Below are positions 20,232-30,646 of a stretch of DNA of 64,000 nt, piece after piece; within the stretch, counting starts at the first letter, position 1; each line of letters opens with the position of its first letter. Origin of the DNA: an uncultured Acidobacteriota bacterium (lineage in GTDB: Bacteria; Acidobacteriota; Terriglobia; Acidiferrales; UBA7541); NCBI GenBank assembly GCA_963729525.1, contig CAVSOB010000010.1:162860-226859 (forward strand), read 5' to 3'. The position numbers and the translations under genes are program-made. The notes under the pieces were generated by a model. The model was not told the DNA's origin. It worked only from the letters and a program-made list of their open reading frames with translations, and searched no databases.

Positions 20232-21017
20232 GTGAGCCCTGTTTTCCGCCGCGGATATGGTCACCGGTTTGACCTGACTGAGTATTTCCCGCCTGCCATC
20301 AAGACGATCTGCATCGCGTGCGTTTCGGTGTTTGTGCTGCAGGAACTATCGGCGCTGCTTTTTGGACCGGCCGGGGCGGAATTCTGGACCAAGACGTTCG
20401 GTCTTATTCCATATGCGGCCGTGTTCGGATTCCGCGTATGGCAGCCTTTCACCTATCTCTTTCTGCATGCAAACGTGCTGCACATTCTGTTCAACCTTCT
20501 TTATCTGGCGATGTTTGGGGCCGATCTGGAGCGGATGTGGGGCGCGCGGAAATTCTATACGTATTTCTTCGTGTGTGGCGTAGGCGCCGGACTTATCAAC
20601 GTGGTTGTTAAGCTGATTATCGATCCCCACGGGAAAGGCACCGCGATCTGGCCGCCAACAATTGGGGCGTCGGGTGCGATTTATGGAATTCTTCTGGCAT
20701 GTGCGGTACTGATGCCGCACAGGCAGGTGTGGGTGTTTCCGCTGCCCGTGACGGTTTCGATGCGAATTTTTGTGGCAGTGATGGGAGCGCTGGAGTTCTT
20801 CGCGACCATTGGAGCCAGCGGCGATAATGTGAGCCACGTGTGCCACCTGGGCGGGATGCTCGTCGGATATATCTATCTGCGGCGCGGTTCGTATTTATAT
20901 GGATTTCGCAATTCGGTATCGGACTGGCAGCGGCGGCGGTTGAAGAAAAAGTTCGAAGTGTATGTGCGGGAGCACCGGGATAAGCCGCCGTCGAATCCCG
21001 ATAATTGGGTGAATTAG
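20232..21017 (+). CDS. Rhomboid-family intramembrane serine protease
   Basis: Motifs HANVLHILFNLLYL, GASGAIYGIL and HLGGMLVGY within a polytopic protein. Confidence 0.85.
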   Translation: MSPVFRRGYGHRFDLTEYFPPAIKTICIACVSVFVLQELSALLFGPAGAEFWTKTFGLIPYAAVFGFRVWQPFTYLFLHANVLHILFNLLYLAMFGADLERMWGARKFYTYFFVCGVGAGLINVVVKLIIDPHGKGTAIWPPTIGASGAIYGILLACAVLMPHRQVWVFPLPVTVSMRIFVAVMGALEFFATIGASGDNVSHVCHLGGMLVGYIYLRRGSYLYGFRNSVSDWQRRRLKKKFEVYVREHRDKPPSNPDNWVN

Positions 21018-21039
21018 CGCTCGCGATTGGAGGCGAAGC

Positions 21040-22011
21040 CTAGAAGCTCGATGCGACGGCGCGCCGCAGGACATCCGGAGCGATATTTGCGCCGCTGACG
21101 AGAAGCGCCACGTTTCTACCTGTAAATTCCTTGCCTGATCTCAGCAATGCTGCTGTGGAGGCTGCCCCCGCGGGTTCCGCGACCGTGTGCTCGTTGAGGA
21201 GTAGAAAAGCTATGGCGCGCAGCATATCATCTTCGGAAACGAGACGGATATCGTCGACGAGCGCCGTGAGCTGCCGGACGTTGTCTTCCGTGGTTGTGAA
21301 GGCCGCGAGCCCGTCGGCGATTGTCTCTGTGAAGTCCGTACTGAGCGAACGGTGTTGCTTCCACGATTCATAGTAGGCCGGGGCCCGTTCTGCTTGCACG
21401 CCGATGATGCGCACCGTCGGACGAATTTGTTTCGCAGCGTAGGCGATTCCACGAATTAAATTGCTGTCCCCGACGGGAACCACGATAACACCGGTTGACG
21501 GCGCCTGTTCGAGAATCTCGCAGGCGATTGTAGCGGCACCGGCAGCGATATAGGGATCGTCCACATCCACAATGAGGGGCCAGCCGCTTTCCTTTGAGAA
21601 TTTCGCGGCTTGCTCGCGGCTCTTTTCGAGGTCCTGTCCCACTTCGACAATCTCCGCACCCAGGTTTGCGATCCTGTCGCGTTTCACGGGATTGGGATTT
21701 TCAGGGAGATAAATGCGCGACCTAAGATTCATCTGCTGAGCTGCGAATGCGATGGCGGCTCCATGATTTCCAGTGCTGCTGGTGACGACGCCCGCGAAAC
21801 TGGATTCTTGCAAGCGACGAGCGACGGCGTTGAGCGCGCCACGGACTTTGAATGTGCCGGTAGGATTTTCAATTTCGAGTTTCAGCCAAATCTGCGCGCC
21901 GGAAGATCTTTCGAGCGACTCGGCCCGGACTAGTCGCGTAGGCGCGAGGGACTTTGCGAGGAATTTGCGCGCGTCGAGGACATCCGACATCTGAAAGCTG
22001 CTGGCAGGCAC
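21040..22011 (-). CDS. PLP-dependent threonine/serine dehydratase family enzyme
   Basis: PLP-lysine motif NPTGTFKVRGALN and glycine loop SSTGNHGAA; 323 aa. Confidence 0.8.
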   Translation of the reverse strand: MPASSFQMSDVLDARKFLAKSLAPTRLVRAESLERSSGAQIWLKLEIENPTGTFKVRGALNAVARRLQESSFAGVVTSSTGNHGAAIAFAAQQMNLRSRIYLPENPNPVKRDRIANLGAEIVEVGQDLEKSREQAAKFSKESGWPLIVDVDDPYIAAGAATIACEILEQAPSTGVIVVPVGDSNLIRGIAYAAKQIRPTVRIIGVQAERAPAYYESWKQHRSLSTDFTETIADGLAAFTTTEDNVRQLTALVDDIRLVSEDDMLRAIAFLLLNEHTVAEPAGAASTAALLRSGKEFTGRNVALLVSGANIAPDVLRRAVASSF

Positions 22012-22020
22012 GGGAGTACG

Positions 22021-23439
22021 TTAGCAGCCTATACGGACCAGACGCATCAGGTTTGTGGAGCCGCGGGTGCCGAGCGGCGTGCCGGCAATCACGCCGACGA
22101 TGTCGCCATTCTTGACGAGATTTTCCTGCTTCAAGCGACGCTCGGCAGTCTTTGCGAGCTTATCAATATCGTGCACACGTTCGATGCTGCGAGGGAGCAC
22201 GCCCCAGAAGAGGCTCATCTTGCGACGCGTATCCTGATTTGGCGAAAAAGCAATGATGGCAGCGCGCGGGCGGTACTTGGATACGAGTCGCGCAGAGCCG
22301 CCGGTTTCCGTGAAGACGGCGATGGCTTTCATTTTCAATTCTTCCGCAGCATGGCAGATGGCTTCTGCAATCGTTTCGCTGATGAGCAGATCGCCGATAT
22401 GCGCCGGGCGCAGCGATTCGGTGGCGTTAGCTTCGGCCTCGCGAATGATGCGGTCCATCATGAGAACGGACTCGAGGGGGTAGCGGCCGGCGGCCGTTTC
22501 GCCGGAGAGCATGAGGGCGTCGCTGCCGTCAAAAATGGCGTTGGCAACGTCGGAGGCTTCGGCGCGAGTGGGACGCGGATTTTCCTGCATCGAATCGAGC
22601 ATCTGCGTGGCGGTGATCACGGGAACCAGCGCGTCGCGGGCCTGCATGATGATCTTCTTCTGCACCACCGGCACCTTTTCCGGGCTCATCTCGACGCCGA
22701 GATCACCGCGAGCAACCATCACACAATCGGCGACGGCAAGAATTTCCGCGAGATTGTCGATGGCTTCCGGTTTCTCGAGTTTGGCGATGATCGGAATGTC
22801 TTTGCCGGCGCGGCGGATCGCCGATTTGGCGGCGCGGATATCAGCAGCCGTGCGCACGAAGCTTTGCGCCACGTAATTCACACCGAGCGTCAAGGCGAAA
22901 GCGAGATCGCGCCGGTCCTTGGGCGTTAGCGACGGAATTTTAAGTTTCACACCCGGGAGGTTGATCCCCTGATGCTCGCGAAGTTCGCCGCCATTTTCCA
23001 CCTGGCAAATCACCGTTTCACCGCGCGTGGAAAGCACGCGCATGGCAATGTTGCCGTCGCTCACAAGGATTCTGTCGCCTTTGTGGACAGAATGCGGGAG
23101 CGCGCGAAATGTGGTGCTGACCCCTTCGGAGGCGCCGGTCACTTTTTTCGTTGTGATCGTGAATTTCTGCCCAAAGTGCAACTGAACGGGAACGCCTCGC
23201 TCAAGGGTGCCGGTGCGAATTTTTGGCCCCTGCAAATCGGCCATGACGGCAACGGATTTTTCGTAGTGCTCGGAAGCGCGCCGAACCGCTGCGACGCGGG
23301 CGGCGTGTTCTTCAGGTGTCCCGTGAGAAAAATTCAGGCGGGCGACATCCATACCGGCGCCGACAAGGCTGTCGATCAATTCGGGTGTGGAGCTGCTGGG
23401 TCCCAGCGTGCAAACAATTTTGGCCCTTCGTTCTGTCAT
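22021..23439 (-). CDS. pyk: Pyruvate kinase
   Basis: MTERRAKIVCTLGPSS..., ARLNFSHG, MVARGDLGVE, ATQMLDSM; full length. I chose the ATG at 23439. Confidence 0.95.
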   Translation of the reverse strand: MTERRAKIVCTLGPSSSTPELIDSLVGAGMDVARLNFSHGTPEEHAARVAAVRRASEHYEKSVAVMADLQGPKIRTGTLERGVPVQLHFGQKFTITTKKVTGASEGVSTTFRALPHSVHKGDRILVSDGNIAMRVLSTRGETVICQVENGGELREHQGINLPGVKLKIPSLTPKDRRDLAFALTLGVNYVAQSFVRTAADIRAAKSAIRRAGKDIPIIAKLEKPEAIDNLAEILAVADCVMVARGDLGVEMSPEKVPVVQKKIIMQARDALVPVITATQMLDSMQENPRPTRAEASDVANAIFDGSDALMLSGETAAGRYPLESVLMMDRIIREAEANATESLRPAHIGDLLISETIAEAICHAAEELKMKAIAVFTETGGSARLVSKYRPRAAIIAFSPNQDTRRKMSLFWGVLPRSIERVHDIDKLAKTAERRLKQENLVKNGDIVGVIAGTPLGTRGSTNLMRLVRIGC

Positions 23440-23443
23440 GGAG

Positions 23444-24931
23444 TCATCGCGAAACTGCAAAATCGGTGACGATCATGTAAAGAAAATCGACTCCCTTGCG
23501 GAAAGAATCGAGTGGAATGCGCTCATCGTCCGCGTGCATTCGGAGGAAATCGTTTTCAGTGAGTGGAAATGGCATCAGACCGTAGGCCTGAACGCTGCGC
23601 ATCCTCAGCGGATAGGAATCGGTGGCACCGGGCGACATAAAAGGAATCGCGACAGCACCGGGAAATTGCTGTTTCGTGGCACGCTTTATTTCATCATAGA
23701 GTTCGGTGGTAAGCGATGACGACGGTGCGGCCTCGCCCGCCCCGGGCAGTATCTCGAATCGAATCTGCGGGTCGTTTACGAGTTGCGTGAGTTTGGCAAT
23801 GAGCGCGGAGGCCATATTGCCGGGCAGGAGGCGAATATTAATCGTGGCGCGCGCCTCTGAAGGAATCACGTTTGGGCGAATTCCCGCCTGCAACATTGTG
23901 GGCGAAATTGTGTCGCGCATCATCGCATTCCAGAGCAGGTTTTCGTTCGATAGATAGCGCGCTGCGTGCTCTCCGCGGTCGGACGTCTCGAGCGAGCGCA
24001 GCCACTTGGCGGTTTCTTCATCCTCCACTTGCGCGAGGCCTTCGAAATAGCCGCGCGTGACGGAGTTCAATTGCACAGGCGTTTCGTAGGTTCCGATTTT
24101 TGCGATAGCGGCGGCCAGATGCGTCACTGGATTGTCTTTTCGTGGCAGCGAAGCATGACCGGAAACGCCGGTCGCAATTACGTCGACGCTGACGGAGACT
24201 TTTTCGCTGGCTTGCACGGCCATGTATTGCACTTTGCCGTCTTTCAGGACGTTGTAGCCACCTTCATTGAGGGCGTAGCCGGCCGCAATCTTGTCCCAAT
24301 ATTTTTCGACGGCCACTTTCATTCCGTTTACGCCGCCAGCTTCCTCGTCGCCTTCTGCAAGGTAAATCACATCGCGATTTAGACGAGCACTCGAGCGCTT
24401 CAACGAGACGAACGCAGCGAGATTCGCAATCGCCATCGCTTTGTCGTCGATGGCACCGCGGCCATAGAGATAACCGTCCTTCACGACGGCGCCGAAGGGA
24501 TCGACGGTCCATTTTGTTTTGTCGACACCGACGACGTCGAGATGGGCCATCAACAAAAGAGCGCGCGCCGGATCGGGCACGGCTGCGGCAGATAGGCGAG
24601 CCACAAGGAATCCGCGGCCGGGCGTAGTCTCGATAATCTGTGCGGTAATGCCTTCGTGCTGAAGAATGTCTGCGACGTACTTTGCCGCGACGAGTTCGTT
24701 GCCGGGTGGATTGGTCGTATTGATGCGGATCAAACCCTCCAGCCATCCGAGCGCGTCACTTTCAAGCTTGGAGAGATCGGATGACTGCGGAGGAGTGGTT
24801 TGCCGCGATTGCGGCTGGATTGGAACCGCGTGCGAAGCGGACTGCCTACGAGTCTGGGCCGAGCTTGCCGTTGCGAAAATGACGATGCAGGTGAGCGTGA
24901 GCAAGGAGATTCGAGCGGCCGTCCGCGCCAT
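23444..24931 (-). CDS. M20-family metallopeptidase (ArgE/DapE/CPG2-like), secreted
   Basis: Motifs LLMAHLDVV, GRGAIDDK and YLAEGDEEAGG. Signal peptide from the ATG at 24931 (MARTAARISLLTLTCIVIFATASSAQ). The stop lies 4 nt upstream of the pyk start, suggesting an operon. Confidence 0.85.
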   Translation of the reverse strand: MARTAARISLLTLTCIVIFATASSAQTRRQSASHAVPIQPQSRQTTPPQSSDLSKLESDALGWLEGLIRINTTNPPGNELVAAKYVADILQHEGITAQIIETTPGRGFLVARLSAAAVPDPARALLLMAHLDVVGVDKTKWTVDPFGAVVKDGYLYGRGAIDDKAMAIANLAAFVSLKRSSARLNRDVIYLAEGDEEAGGVNGMKVAVEKYWDKIAAGYALNEGGYNVLKDGKVQYMAVQASEKVSVSVDVIATGVSGHASLPRKDNPVTHLAAAIAKIGTYETPVQLNSVTRGYFEGLAQVEDEETAKWLRSLETSDRGEHAARYLSNENLLWNAMMRDTISPTMLQAGIRPNVIPSEARATINIRLLPGNMASALIAKLTQLVNDPQIRFEILPGAGEAAPSSSLTTELYDEIKRATKQQFPGAVAIPFMSPGATDSYPLRMRSVQAYGLMPFPLTENDFLRMHADDERIPLDSFRKGVDFLYMIVTDFAVSR

Positions 24932-25137
24932 CCAATTGCCTCCGAATGAGTTTGAAAACGCCAAGCAAACAGGGCTTGCAGCCACAGGGTGATGCCGGTG
25001 CAACTGAGACGCGAGCGAATTATCTTAGCATGTCGGCCGAATGCCTTCGGGAAGCCGCTGAGGATCGGTTTTCTGAATTGCAATTGACCATCCAAGTAAG
25101 CCCATGGCAGCATCCTACGTACCTGCGAGGGACCGGT

Positions 25138-26244
25138 ATGCGACGGAAGGAATCTGTGCGTTGGTTGCTGGTGGCGGGATTGGTTGTGACTCTGGGCGTG
25201 CCGCCGGGAGCGTGGACGGCGCGCGCTGAGCAGCAAGAAGGTCCAGCGAAACCGCCGCCCGCGCAACCAGAACCTCCGAAGCCGCCTACCGGCCAGCAGA
25301 ACGGCCCGCAAGCTCAGGCGCCCGCGCCGCAGGTGGCGATTGCGGTTGAGTCGAATGTGGTGAACATCGACGCAGTCGTAACCGACCACGAGGGCAATAT
25401 CGTAACGGGATTGAAGAAGGAGAATTTCCGGATTCTCGACGATGGCCAACCCCAGCAGGTGACGAACTTTGCTCCCACCGAAGCGCCGATTACAGTCGTA
25501 ATCCTGCTGGAATTCAGCGCGAGTTACTGGGGATATTTTGGATATAAGGGAGAGAGTTGGGCTTGGGGTTTCCTCCAGGGCTTGGGCCCCAAGGACTGGG
25601 TGGCGTTCAAGACTTTCGACATCAAAACCGAAGTGACGGTGGATTTCACGCAAAACAAGCAGGAAATTAGGCAAGCGATCGCGGGCTTGTTCGTTCCCGG
25701 ATTTCACGAGGCGTGTTTGTTTGACGCTGTGATCGAGACGCTCGACCAGCTCAACAGCGTGAAAGGCAAGAAGGCAATTCTGCTTCTCGCTACTGGCTAC
25801 GATACGTTCAGCAAGCATACTCTGGATCAGACATATCACCGGCTCAAGGAAGCCGACGTGCCGATTTTTGCGGTCGGCATGGGTGAGGAGATTGATTTGC
25901 GCAGTCGGAACGGCGGAGGGGTGGGCTATTTGCAGGCGAAGAATCAATTGACACAATTCGGGCAGATGACCGGCGGCTACTCTTGGTTTCCGCGGTTTCA
26001 GGGCGAAATGCCGGAAATATTTAATCAGGTGGCGGCGTTTCTGCGGAGCCAGTATTCGATGGGATTTTCGCCAACTGCGCCTGCGGACGGAAAGTTTCAT
26101 AAGCTAAAAGTGGAAGCAGTGGACACGAGTGGAAATTTGCTGGAACTGCCCGACAAGAAGGGCAAGATGAAGAAAGTGAACGTCTACGCGCGAAATGGTT
26201 ATACGCCGAAGGTGCAGGCTGGAACCGGCGGCGGTAGCCAGTAA
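25138..26244 (+). CDS. VWA-domain protein of the Acidobacteria-typical VWFA-related family
   Basis: From the ATG at 25138 there is a signal/TM segment, then VNIDAVVTDHEGNIVTGLKKENFRILDDGQPQQVTNF, the characteristic N-terminal block of the TIGR03436-like family. This is memory-based recognition. Confidence 0.8.
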   Translation: MRRKESVRWLLVAGLVVTLGVPPGAWTARAEQQEGPAKPPPAQPEPPKPPTGQQNGPQAQAPAPQVAIAVESNVVNIDAVVTDHEGNIVTGLKKENFRILDDGQPQQVTNFAPTEAPITVVILLEFSASYWGYFGYKGESWAWGFLQGLGPKDWVAFKTFDIKTEVTVDFTQNKQEIRQAIAGLFVPGFHEACLFDAVIETLDQLNSVKGKKAILLLATGYDTFSKHTLDQTYHRLKEADVPIFAVGMGEEIDLRSRNGGGVGYLQAKNQLTQFGQMTGGYSWFPRFQGEMPEIFNQVAAFLRSQYSMGFSPTAPADGKFHKLKVEAVDTSGNLLELPDKKGKMKKVNVYARNGYTPKVQAGTGGGSQ

Positions 26245-26254
26245 GAAACGATCC

Positions 26255-27271
26255 TCAATAGCCGCGATTCAGATCGACACGATTCAAGAGTTCTTCTCCG
26301 GCGAACCAACGCTCTAGATTTTCCATCAACAGATCTGTTTGGCGCTCCCACAGATGCTCGCTCACGGCGCTCATGTGTGGCGTGATGAACGCATTATCAA
26401 GCTTCCAAAGAGGATTCTCAGGCGGCAGCGGTTCTTGCGAGGCTACGTCCAGCGCGGCCCCCGCGATTTTACGTTGCTCGAGCGCGGAAATAAGCGCGGG
26501 TTCGTCCACTAGTGTTCCGCGCGATACATTCAGGAAATAGGCCGAGGGTTTCATGAGCGCGAATTCGCGTGCTCCGATCATTTTGCGTGTTTCAGGTGTT
26601 TCGGGTGCGGCCAGAACTACAAAATCCGCCTGAGGCAGCGCCTCCTCCAATTTCGAGGCCGGGAAAGCTTGCTCGGCCAAGCCTTCTGCTGCGCGGCCGG
26701 AACGCGTGACAGCCCATAGGCGCATCCCGAGCGGCCGGACGACTTTTGCCACTTCGCGGCCAATTGCGCCGAACCCGATGAAAAGCAGAATTTGTCCGCG
26801 GAGTTCACGGAGACGCACCGGCGCCTTCCAAAGCTCTTGCTGCGCCCAACGCGATTGTTGCTGGTAGCGGAAGCAATCGGGAAAACGGCGCGCGAGGGCG
26901 ATGAGGGTGCCGAGAACGTGCTCGGCCATCGGGATGCGGTGAACGCCGCTCGCATTTGTTACCTCGATGCCACTCTTCTGCAGCGCGGGATACATCAGCT
27001 GGCCAACCCCGGCGGCGGTCGAGTGAAGCCATTTGAGTTTTCGCGCGAGTGCAAATTGTTCGGGGCGCAGGGAGAATCCGACGAAAATGTCGCTGTCGGG
27101 AATTTCATCGAGTATGCGGTCGTAGCGCGGAAGATGAACCACCCGTATTTCCGGCCAGCGCGCGCGAATCCGCTCCGGCATTTCAGGTGGCGGATTCCAC
27201 AGCGCGAATGCGTGCCACACGCAAATCAGTAATTTTGTCTCTGCAGGCAATGTGCGGGGGGGAGTCGTCAC
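26255..27271 (-). CDS. D-isomer-specific 2-hydroxyacid dehydrogenase
   Basis: NAD-binding GFGAIGREVAKVV, plus the catalytic region NVSRG..VDE and ITPHMSA. Confidence 0.85.
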   Translation of the reverse strand: MTTPPRTLPAETKLLICVWHAFALWNPPPEMPERIRARWPEIRVVHLPRYDRILDEIPDSDIFVGFSLRPEQFALARKLKWLHSTAAGVGQLMYPALQKSGIEVTNASGVHRIPMAEHVLGTLIALARRFPDCFRYQQQSRWAQQELWKAPVRLRELRGQILLFIGFGAIGREVAKVVRPLGMRLWAVTRSGRAAEGLAEQAFPASKLEEALPQADFVVLAAPETPETRKMIGAREFALMKPSAYFLNVSRGTLVDEPALISALEQRKIAGAALDVASQEPLPPENPLWKLDNAFITPHMSAVSEHLWERQTDLLMENLERWFAGEELLNRVDLNRGY

Positions 27272-27330
27272 GCGCAGCGTCCGGCAGCGCGGCTAAGCCA
27301 CACGAAGACCGTGGGGAGAAGCCCTGAGTT

Positions 27331-27357
27331 GAGATTCTTCGCTGCGCTCAGGATGAC
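27331..27357 (-). repeat. Dispersed intergenic repeat, copy 4 (flanks the 3' side of the GIY-YIG remnant)
   Basis: gagattcttcgctgcgctcaggatgac. Confidence 0.85.
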
Positions 27358-27364
27358 AGCACTG

Positions 27365-27700
27365 TCAATTCGTAGCCTCGAGTAGATGATCTGGGATATA
27401 GCCATCCGACAGGTCTTTCCATTCTGGATTTTTCGACTTGATTGAACTGATCTTCTTTTTGCGCAAAAGCCCCTGAGCTGTTTCTCCCGCATGATCGCTA
27501 AACCAATACCGCCGAATTGTTCGAAGTAAACTAACCGAGTGACATTGTACCTGTGCGTGAAACCGGGAATTTTCTTTTGCTTGTGCTGGACGACTCGCTT
27601 CAAGAGATTGTTTGTTACGCCTACGTAGAGAGTTCGCGTGCGGCTGGCCATAATGTAGACGAGTATCCGCTTGCTCGAGCCATCGAAAACGCTTGGATGC
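27365..27700 (-). pseudogene. GIY-YIG nuclease family gene, frameshifted and lacking a usable start
   Basis: Frame A reads (KRILVYI)MASRTRTLYVGVTNNLLKRVVQHKQKKIPGFTHRYNVTRLVYFEQFGGIGLAIMREKQLRG. The homology continues in another frame as LLRKKKISSIKSKNPEWKDLSDGYIPDHLLEATN*. The shift occurs at the C/G run 27470-27473. The first beta-strand, ILVYI, lies upstream of the only ATG, with an in-frame TGA 16 codons further up. Confidence 0.6.
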
Positions 27701-27721
27701 CCTCAGATCTCCCCAGGAACT

Positions 27722-27746
27722 GTCATTCTGAGCGAAACGAAGAATC
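27722..27746 (+). repeat. Dispersed intergenic repeat, copy 5 (flanks the 5' side of the GIY-YIG remnant)
   Basis: gtcattctgagcgaaacgaagaatc. The arms ATTCT and AGAAT carry a compensatory change relative to ATCCT and AGGAT in the other copies. Confidence 0.8.
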
Positions 27747-27790
27747 CCAACTGTCCGTCCTCCTTGCAATTCGAACGTACAGGAAGAACT

Positions 27791-29362
27791 TCATTTGCTT
27801 CCCAGCTTCCGCAAATCCCGGCCGGTCATTTCAGGCGGCGACGGCAGGCTGAGAACGCCGAGCAGTGTGGGCGCAATGTCGCGAAGCGAACCGTCGGGGC
27901 TGAGTTGCAAGCGGCCATCTTCCGTGACGAGAATGAAAGGCACGGGATTCGTCGTGTGATACGTGTGGGGGCCGCCCGTGACGGGGTCGATCATCGTTTC
28001 CGCGTTGCCGTGATCGGCGGTGATGATCCACGCGCCGCCTCGAGGACGCAAAGCCTGGAAAATTCCGCCGAGACAAGCATCCACCGTTTCGCAAGCCTTA
28101 ATCGCCGCTTCGAGCTTGCCCGAATGGCCGACCATGTCCGCATTCGCGAAATTCATAATGATCGCGTCGAAATCGCCTTTTTCGACTGCTTGCACGACTG
28201 CATCCGCAACACCCGCCGCAGACATTTCCGGTTTGAGATCGTAGGTGGGCACCTTCGGCGATGGCACGAGCACGCGTTCTTCGCCGCCGAACGGTTTCTC
28301 GACGCCGCCATTGAAAAAATATGTGACGTGCGCGTATTTTTCGGTCTCAGCCACGCGAAGATTCTTGTACTGCATTTCGGCAAACACATTAGCCAAAATG
28401 TGTTCGATCTTCTCGGGCCCGATAATGTACTGGAGCCAGGGCCAGGTTTTTTCATACTGCGTCATCGCGACAAATTTCAGACTCTTCGGGCGCGCAGGAT
28501 CCTGAAATTTATCGAAGCCGGGCTCGACGAGCGCACGCGTGATCTGGCGCGCGCGATCAGCGCGGAAATTGAAGAAAATGATGGCGTCGTTGTCGCGAAT
28601 CAATCCGCGCGGGGCTGCCGGCCTTCCTGGGGCACCTTCTGTAGTGATCACAACGGGCACGATGAACTCGTCAGTGACGCCCTTCTCATAACTCGTCCGA
28701 ACGGCCGTAATTGGGTCGTCGAATTTCGCTTCGGTATCACCGTGCACCATCGCGCGATACGCCTTCTCGACGCGCTCCCAGCGATGGTCCCGATCCATCG
28801 CATAGTAGCGCCCTATTACCGTCGCGATCTGTCCCACACCATACTCGCGCATCTTCTGCTCGAGCTGGCGCAGAAAATCGATGCCGCTGTTGGGGGGCGT
28901 GTCACGCCCGTCCATAAAGCAGTGAACGAAAACGCGCTCGACTTTGTTTTCGCGAGCCATCCGAAGCAGCGCAAAAAGATGCTCGATATGCGAGTGAACA
29001 CCGCCATCGCTCACGAGCCCGATGAGATGAAGTTGGCGCTCACGGCCGCGCTGCATCGCTTCGAGCAGCAGGGGCTGGCGGAAAAGTTCGCCGCTCGCGA
29101 TAAGCGCGTCGACACGCGTGATGTCCATATGCACGATGCGTCCGGCGCCCATATTCAAATGCCCCACCTCGCTATTGCCCATCTGCCCTTCAGGCAATCC
29201 GACAAATGGGCCAGAGGTGTGAATCAATGTGTTCGGAAAGTCCGCAATGAGCCGGTCGTAATTCGGCTTACGCGCAAGGGCGACGGCATTTCCTTTCCTA
29301 TCGGCGCGGAAACCCCAGCCATCAAGTATGGTAAGAACGATTGGTTTCGGTCGTTTAGCCAT
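27791..29362 (-). CDS. gpmI: 2,3-bisphosphoglycerate-independent phosphoglycerate mutase
   Basis: [17 protein letters not shown]..., [35 protein letters not shown]; full length, 523 aa. Confidence 0.95.
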   Translation of the reverse strand: MAKRPKPIVLTILDGWGFRADRKGNAVALARKPNYDRLIADFPNTLIHTSGPFVGLPEGQMGNSEVGHLNMGAGRIVHMDITRVDALIASGELFRQPLLLEAMQRGRERQLHLIGLVSDGGVHSHIEHLFALLRMARENKVERVFVHCFMDGRDTPPNSGIDFLRQLEQKMREYGVGQIATVIGRYYAMDRDHRWERVEKAYRAMVHGDTEAKFDDPITAVRTSYEKGVTDEFIVPVVITTEGAPGRPAAPRGLIRDNDAIIFFNFRADRARQITRALVEPGFDKFQDPARPKSLKFVAMTQYEKTWPWLQYIIGPEKIEHILANVFAEMQYKNLRVAETEKYAHVTYFFNGGVEKPFGGEERVLVPSPKVPTYDLKPEMSAAGVADAVVQAVEKGDFDAIIMNFANADMVGHSGKLEAAIKACETVDACLGGIFQALRPRGGAWIITADHGNAETMIDPVTGGPHTYHTTNPVPFILVTEDGRLQLSPDGSLRDIAPTLLGVLSLPSPPEMTGRDLRKLGSK

Positions 29363-29550
29363 GTTCGCGGAGTTAGGCTAGCATGGGAAAGAATGAATGC
29401 AAGGGGCGGGCACAGCGCTCAGGATTTTTCTGACTGCTTACGGAGAGCGCCCTCCGTGCGTCTAAGCGACGCAGCGGGAACCAAGGTGCGAACGTGACGA
29501 TGTGATTCAGTAAGAGTGCGGGCTCAGCAATTTCTATTCAGGAGATTCCA

Positions 29551-30615
29551 ATGAGTAGAGTTCGACATACCGCTTTGCTTCTGGGCGTTTTACTGGTCGC
29601 CGTAGCGAGTCGCGCCCAATCGGCCATCGACGACCTGCCGCGGCCGAGCCAGCACGCCGAGGTGGTACAGCGGATCGGCGTGACCAACATTACGATCAAC
29701 TACTCGCGTCCGCTCGTGAATGGCCGCAAAGTTTTTGGAGGCCTCGAAGCTTACGGAAAAGTATGGCGAGCCGGCGCAAATGAGAACACGACGATCGCGT
29801 TCAGCGATCCCGTCACGATCGAGGGGAAACCGCTGGACGCCGGTACCTATGGCCTGCACATGATTCCGGGCGAAAACGAATGGACGGTTATTTTCTCCAA
29901 AGCGAATAGTTCCTGGGGAAGCTTCACCTATGACCAGAAGGAAGACGCATTGCGCGTCACCGTGAAACCGCAGGCGTCTGACTTCCACGAAGCGCTCACA
30001 TACGAATTCGACGATCTCAAGTCCGACTCTTCCGTTATCACGATGCGCTGGGACAAGGTCGCAGTGCCATTCAAAGTGGCGGTCAACGTGAATGAAGTGG
30101 TCGAGCAGAATATGCGCAAGCATCTCCGGGGCCTGGCGCAATACACCTGGGATGGATGGAATGACGCGGCCGATTATCTCGTGAACGCCAAGATAGATTT
30201 GGAGGAAGCGCTTGCGTACACCGACAAATCAATTGCCGTAGAAGAGCGATACGAAAACCTGATGACCAAGTCGCAGGTTTTGGATCTGCTCGGGCGCAAA
30301 GAAGAAGCGGCGAAATTTCGCACAGAAGCCCTAGCCAGGGCCAATGCAACTCAATCGTACACATATGCCCGCCAGCTCCAACGCGCGAAGAAGCTGGATG
30401 AAGCCTGGGCCGCGTACCGTGCCAATGAGAAGAAGTTTCCGAATGACTGGATCAGCCATTTCGGAATGGCGCGAGTTTATAGCGCGCAGGGCGACTATGA
30501 CAACGCGCTGAAAGAAGCGAAGATCGCATTAGCCGGTGCGCCCGCCGACGGAACAAAGGACTTCGTCGAGGGGCAAATCCGGAGGCTCGAAGCCAAACAA
30601 GACATCAACATATAG
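29551..30615 (+). CDS. DUF2911-domain protein with C-terminal TPR-like repeats, secreted
   Basis: Signal peptide, then QRIGVTNITINYSRPLVNGRKVFGGL..YGKVWRAGANENTTIAFSDPV..GTYGLHMIP, which is DUF2911-like by memory. The C-terminus is a helical repeat. Confidence 0.7.
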   Translation: MSRVRHTALLLGVLLVAVASRAQSAIDDLPRPSQHAEVVQRIGVTNITINYSRPLVNGRKVFGGLEAYGKVWRAGANENTTIAFSDPVTIEGKPLDAGTYGLHMIPGENEWTVIFSKANSSWGSFTYDQKEDALRVTVKPQASDFHEALTYEFDDLKSDSSVITMRWDKVAVPFKVAVNVNEVVEQNMRKHLRGLAQYTWDGWNDAADYLVNAKIDLEEALAYTDKSIAVEERYENLMTKSQVLDLLGRKEEAAKFRTEALARANATQSYTYARQLQRAKKLDEAWAAYRANEKKFPNDWISHFGMARVYSAQGDYDNALKEAKIALAGAPADGTKDFVEGQIRRLEAKQDINI

Positions 30616-30646
30616 AACTTTTTGTAGGGGCTTAGGCGGCAGCGTA

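Larger units (their letters stand above)
27331..27746 (-). mobile_element. GIY-YIG remnant bracketed by 25-bp imperfect inverted repeats (cassette-like unit)
   Basis: 27722-27746 (gtcattctgagcgaaacgaagaatc) and the reverse complement of 27333-27357 (gtcatcctgagcgcagcgaagaatc) match at 22 of 25 positions and are in inverted orientation around the gene. Confidence 0.4.

Noticed and set aside
24730-26100. 456-aa minus-strand ORF
   Set aside because: It is antisense to the VWA gene and to the M20 5' end. The composition is Arg-rich low complexity. The plus-strand product carries the recognisable domain.
27671-29497. 608-aa plus-strand ORF
   Set aside because: It is antisense to full-length gpmI (27791-29362). 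The product is Arg/His-rich with no motif, a typical high-GC shadow ORF.
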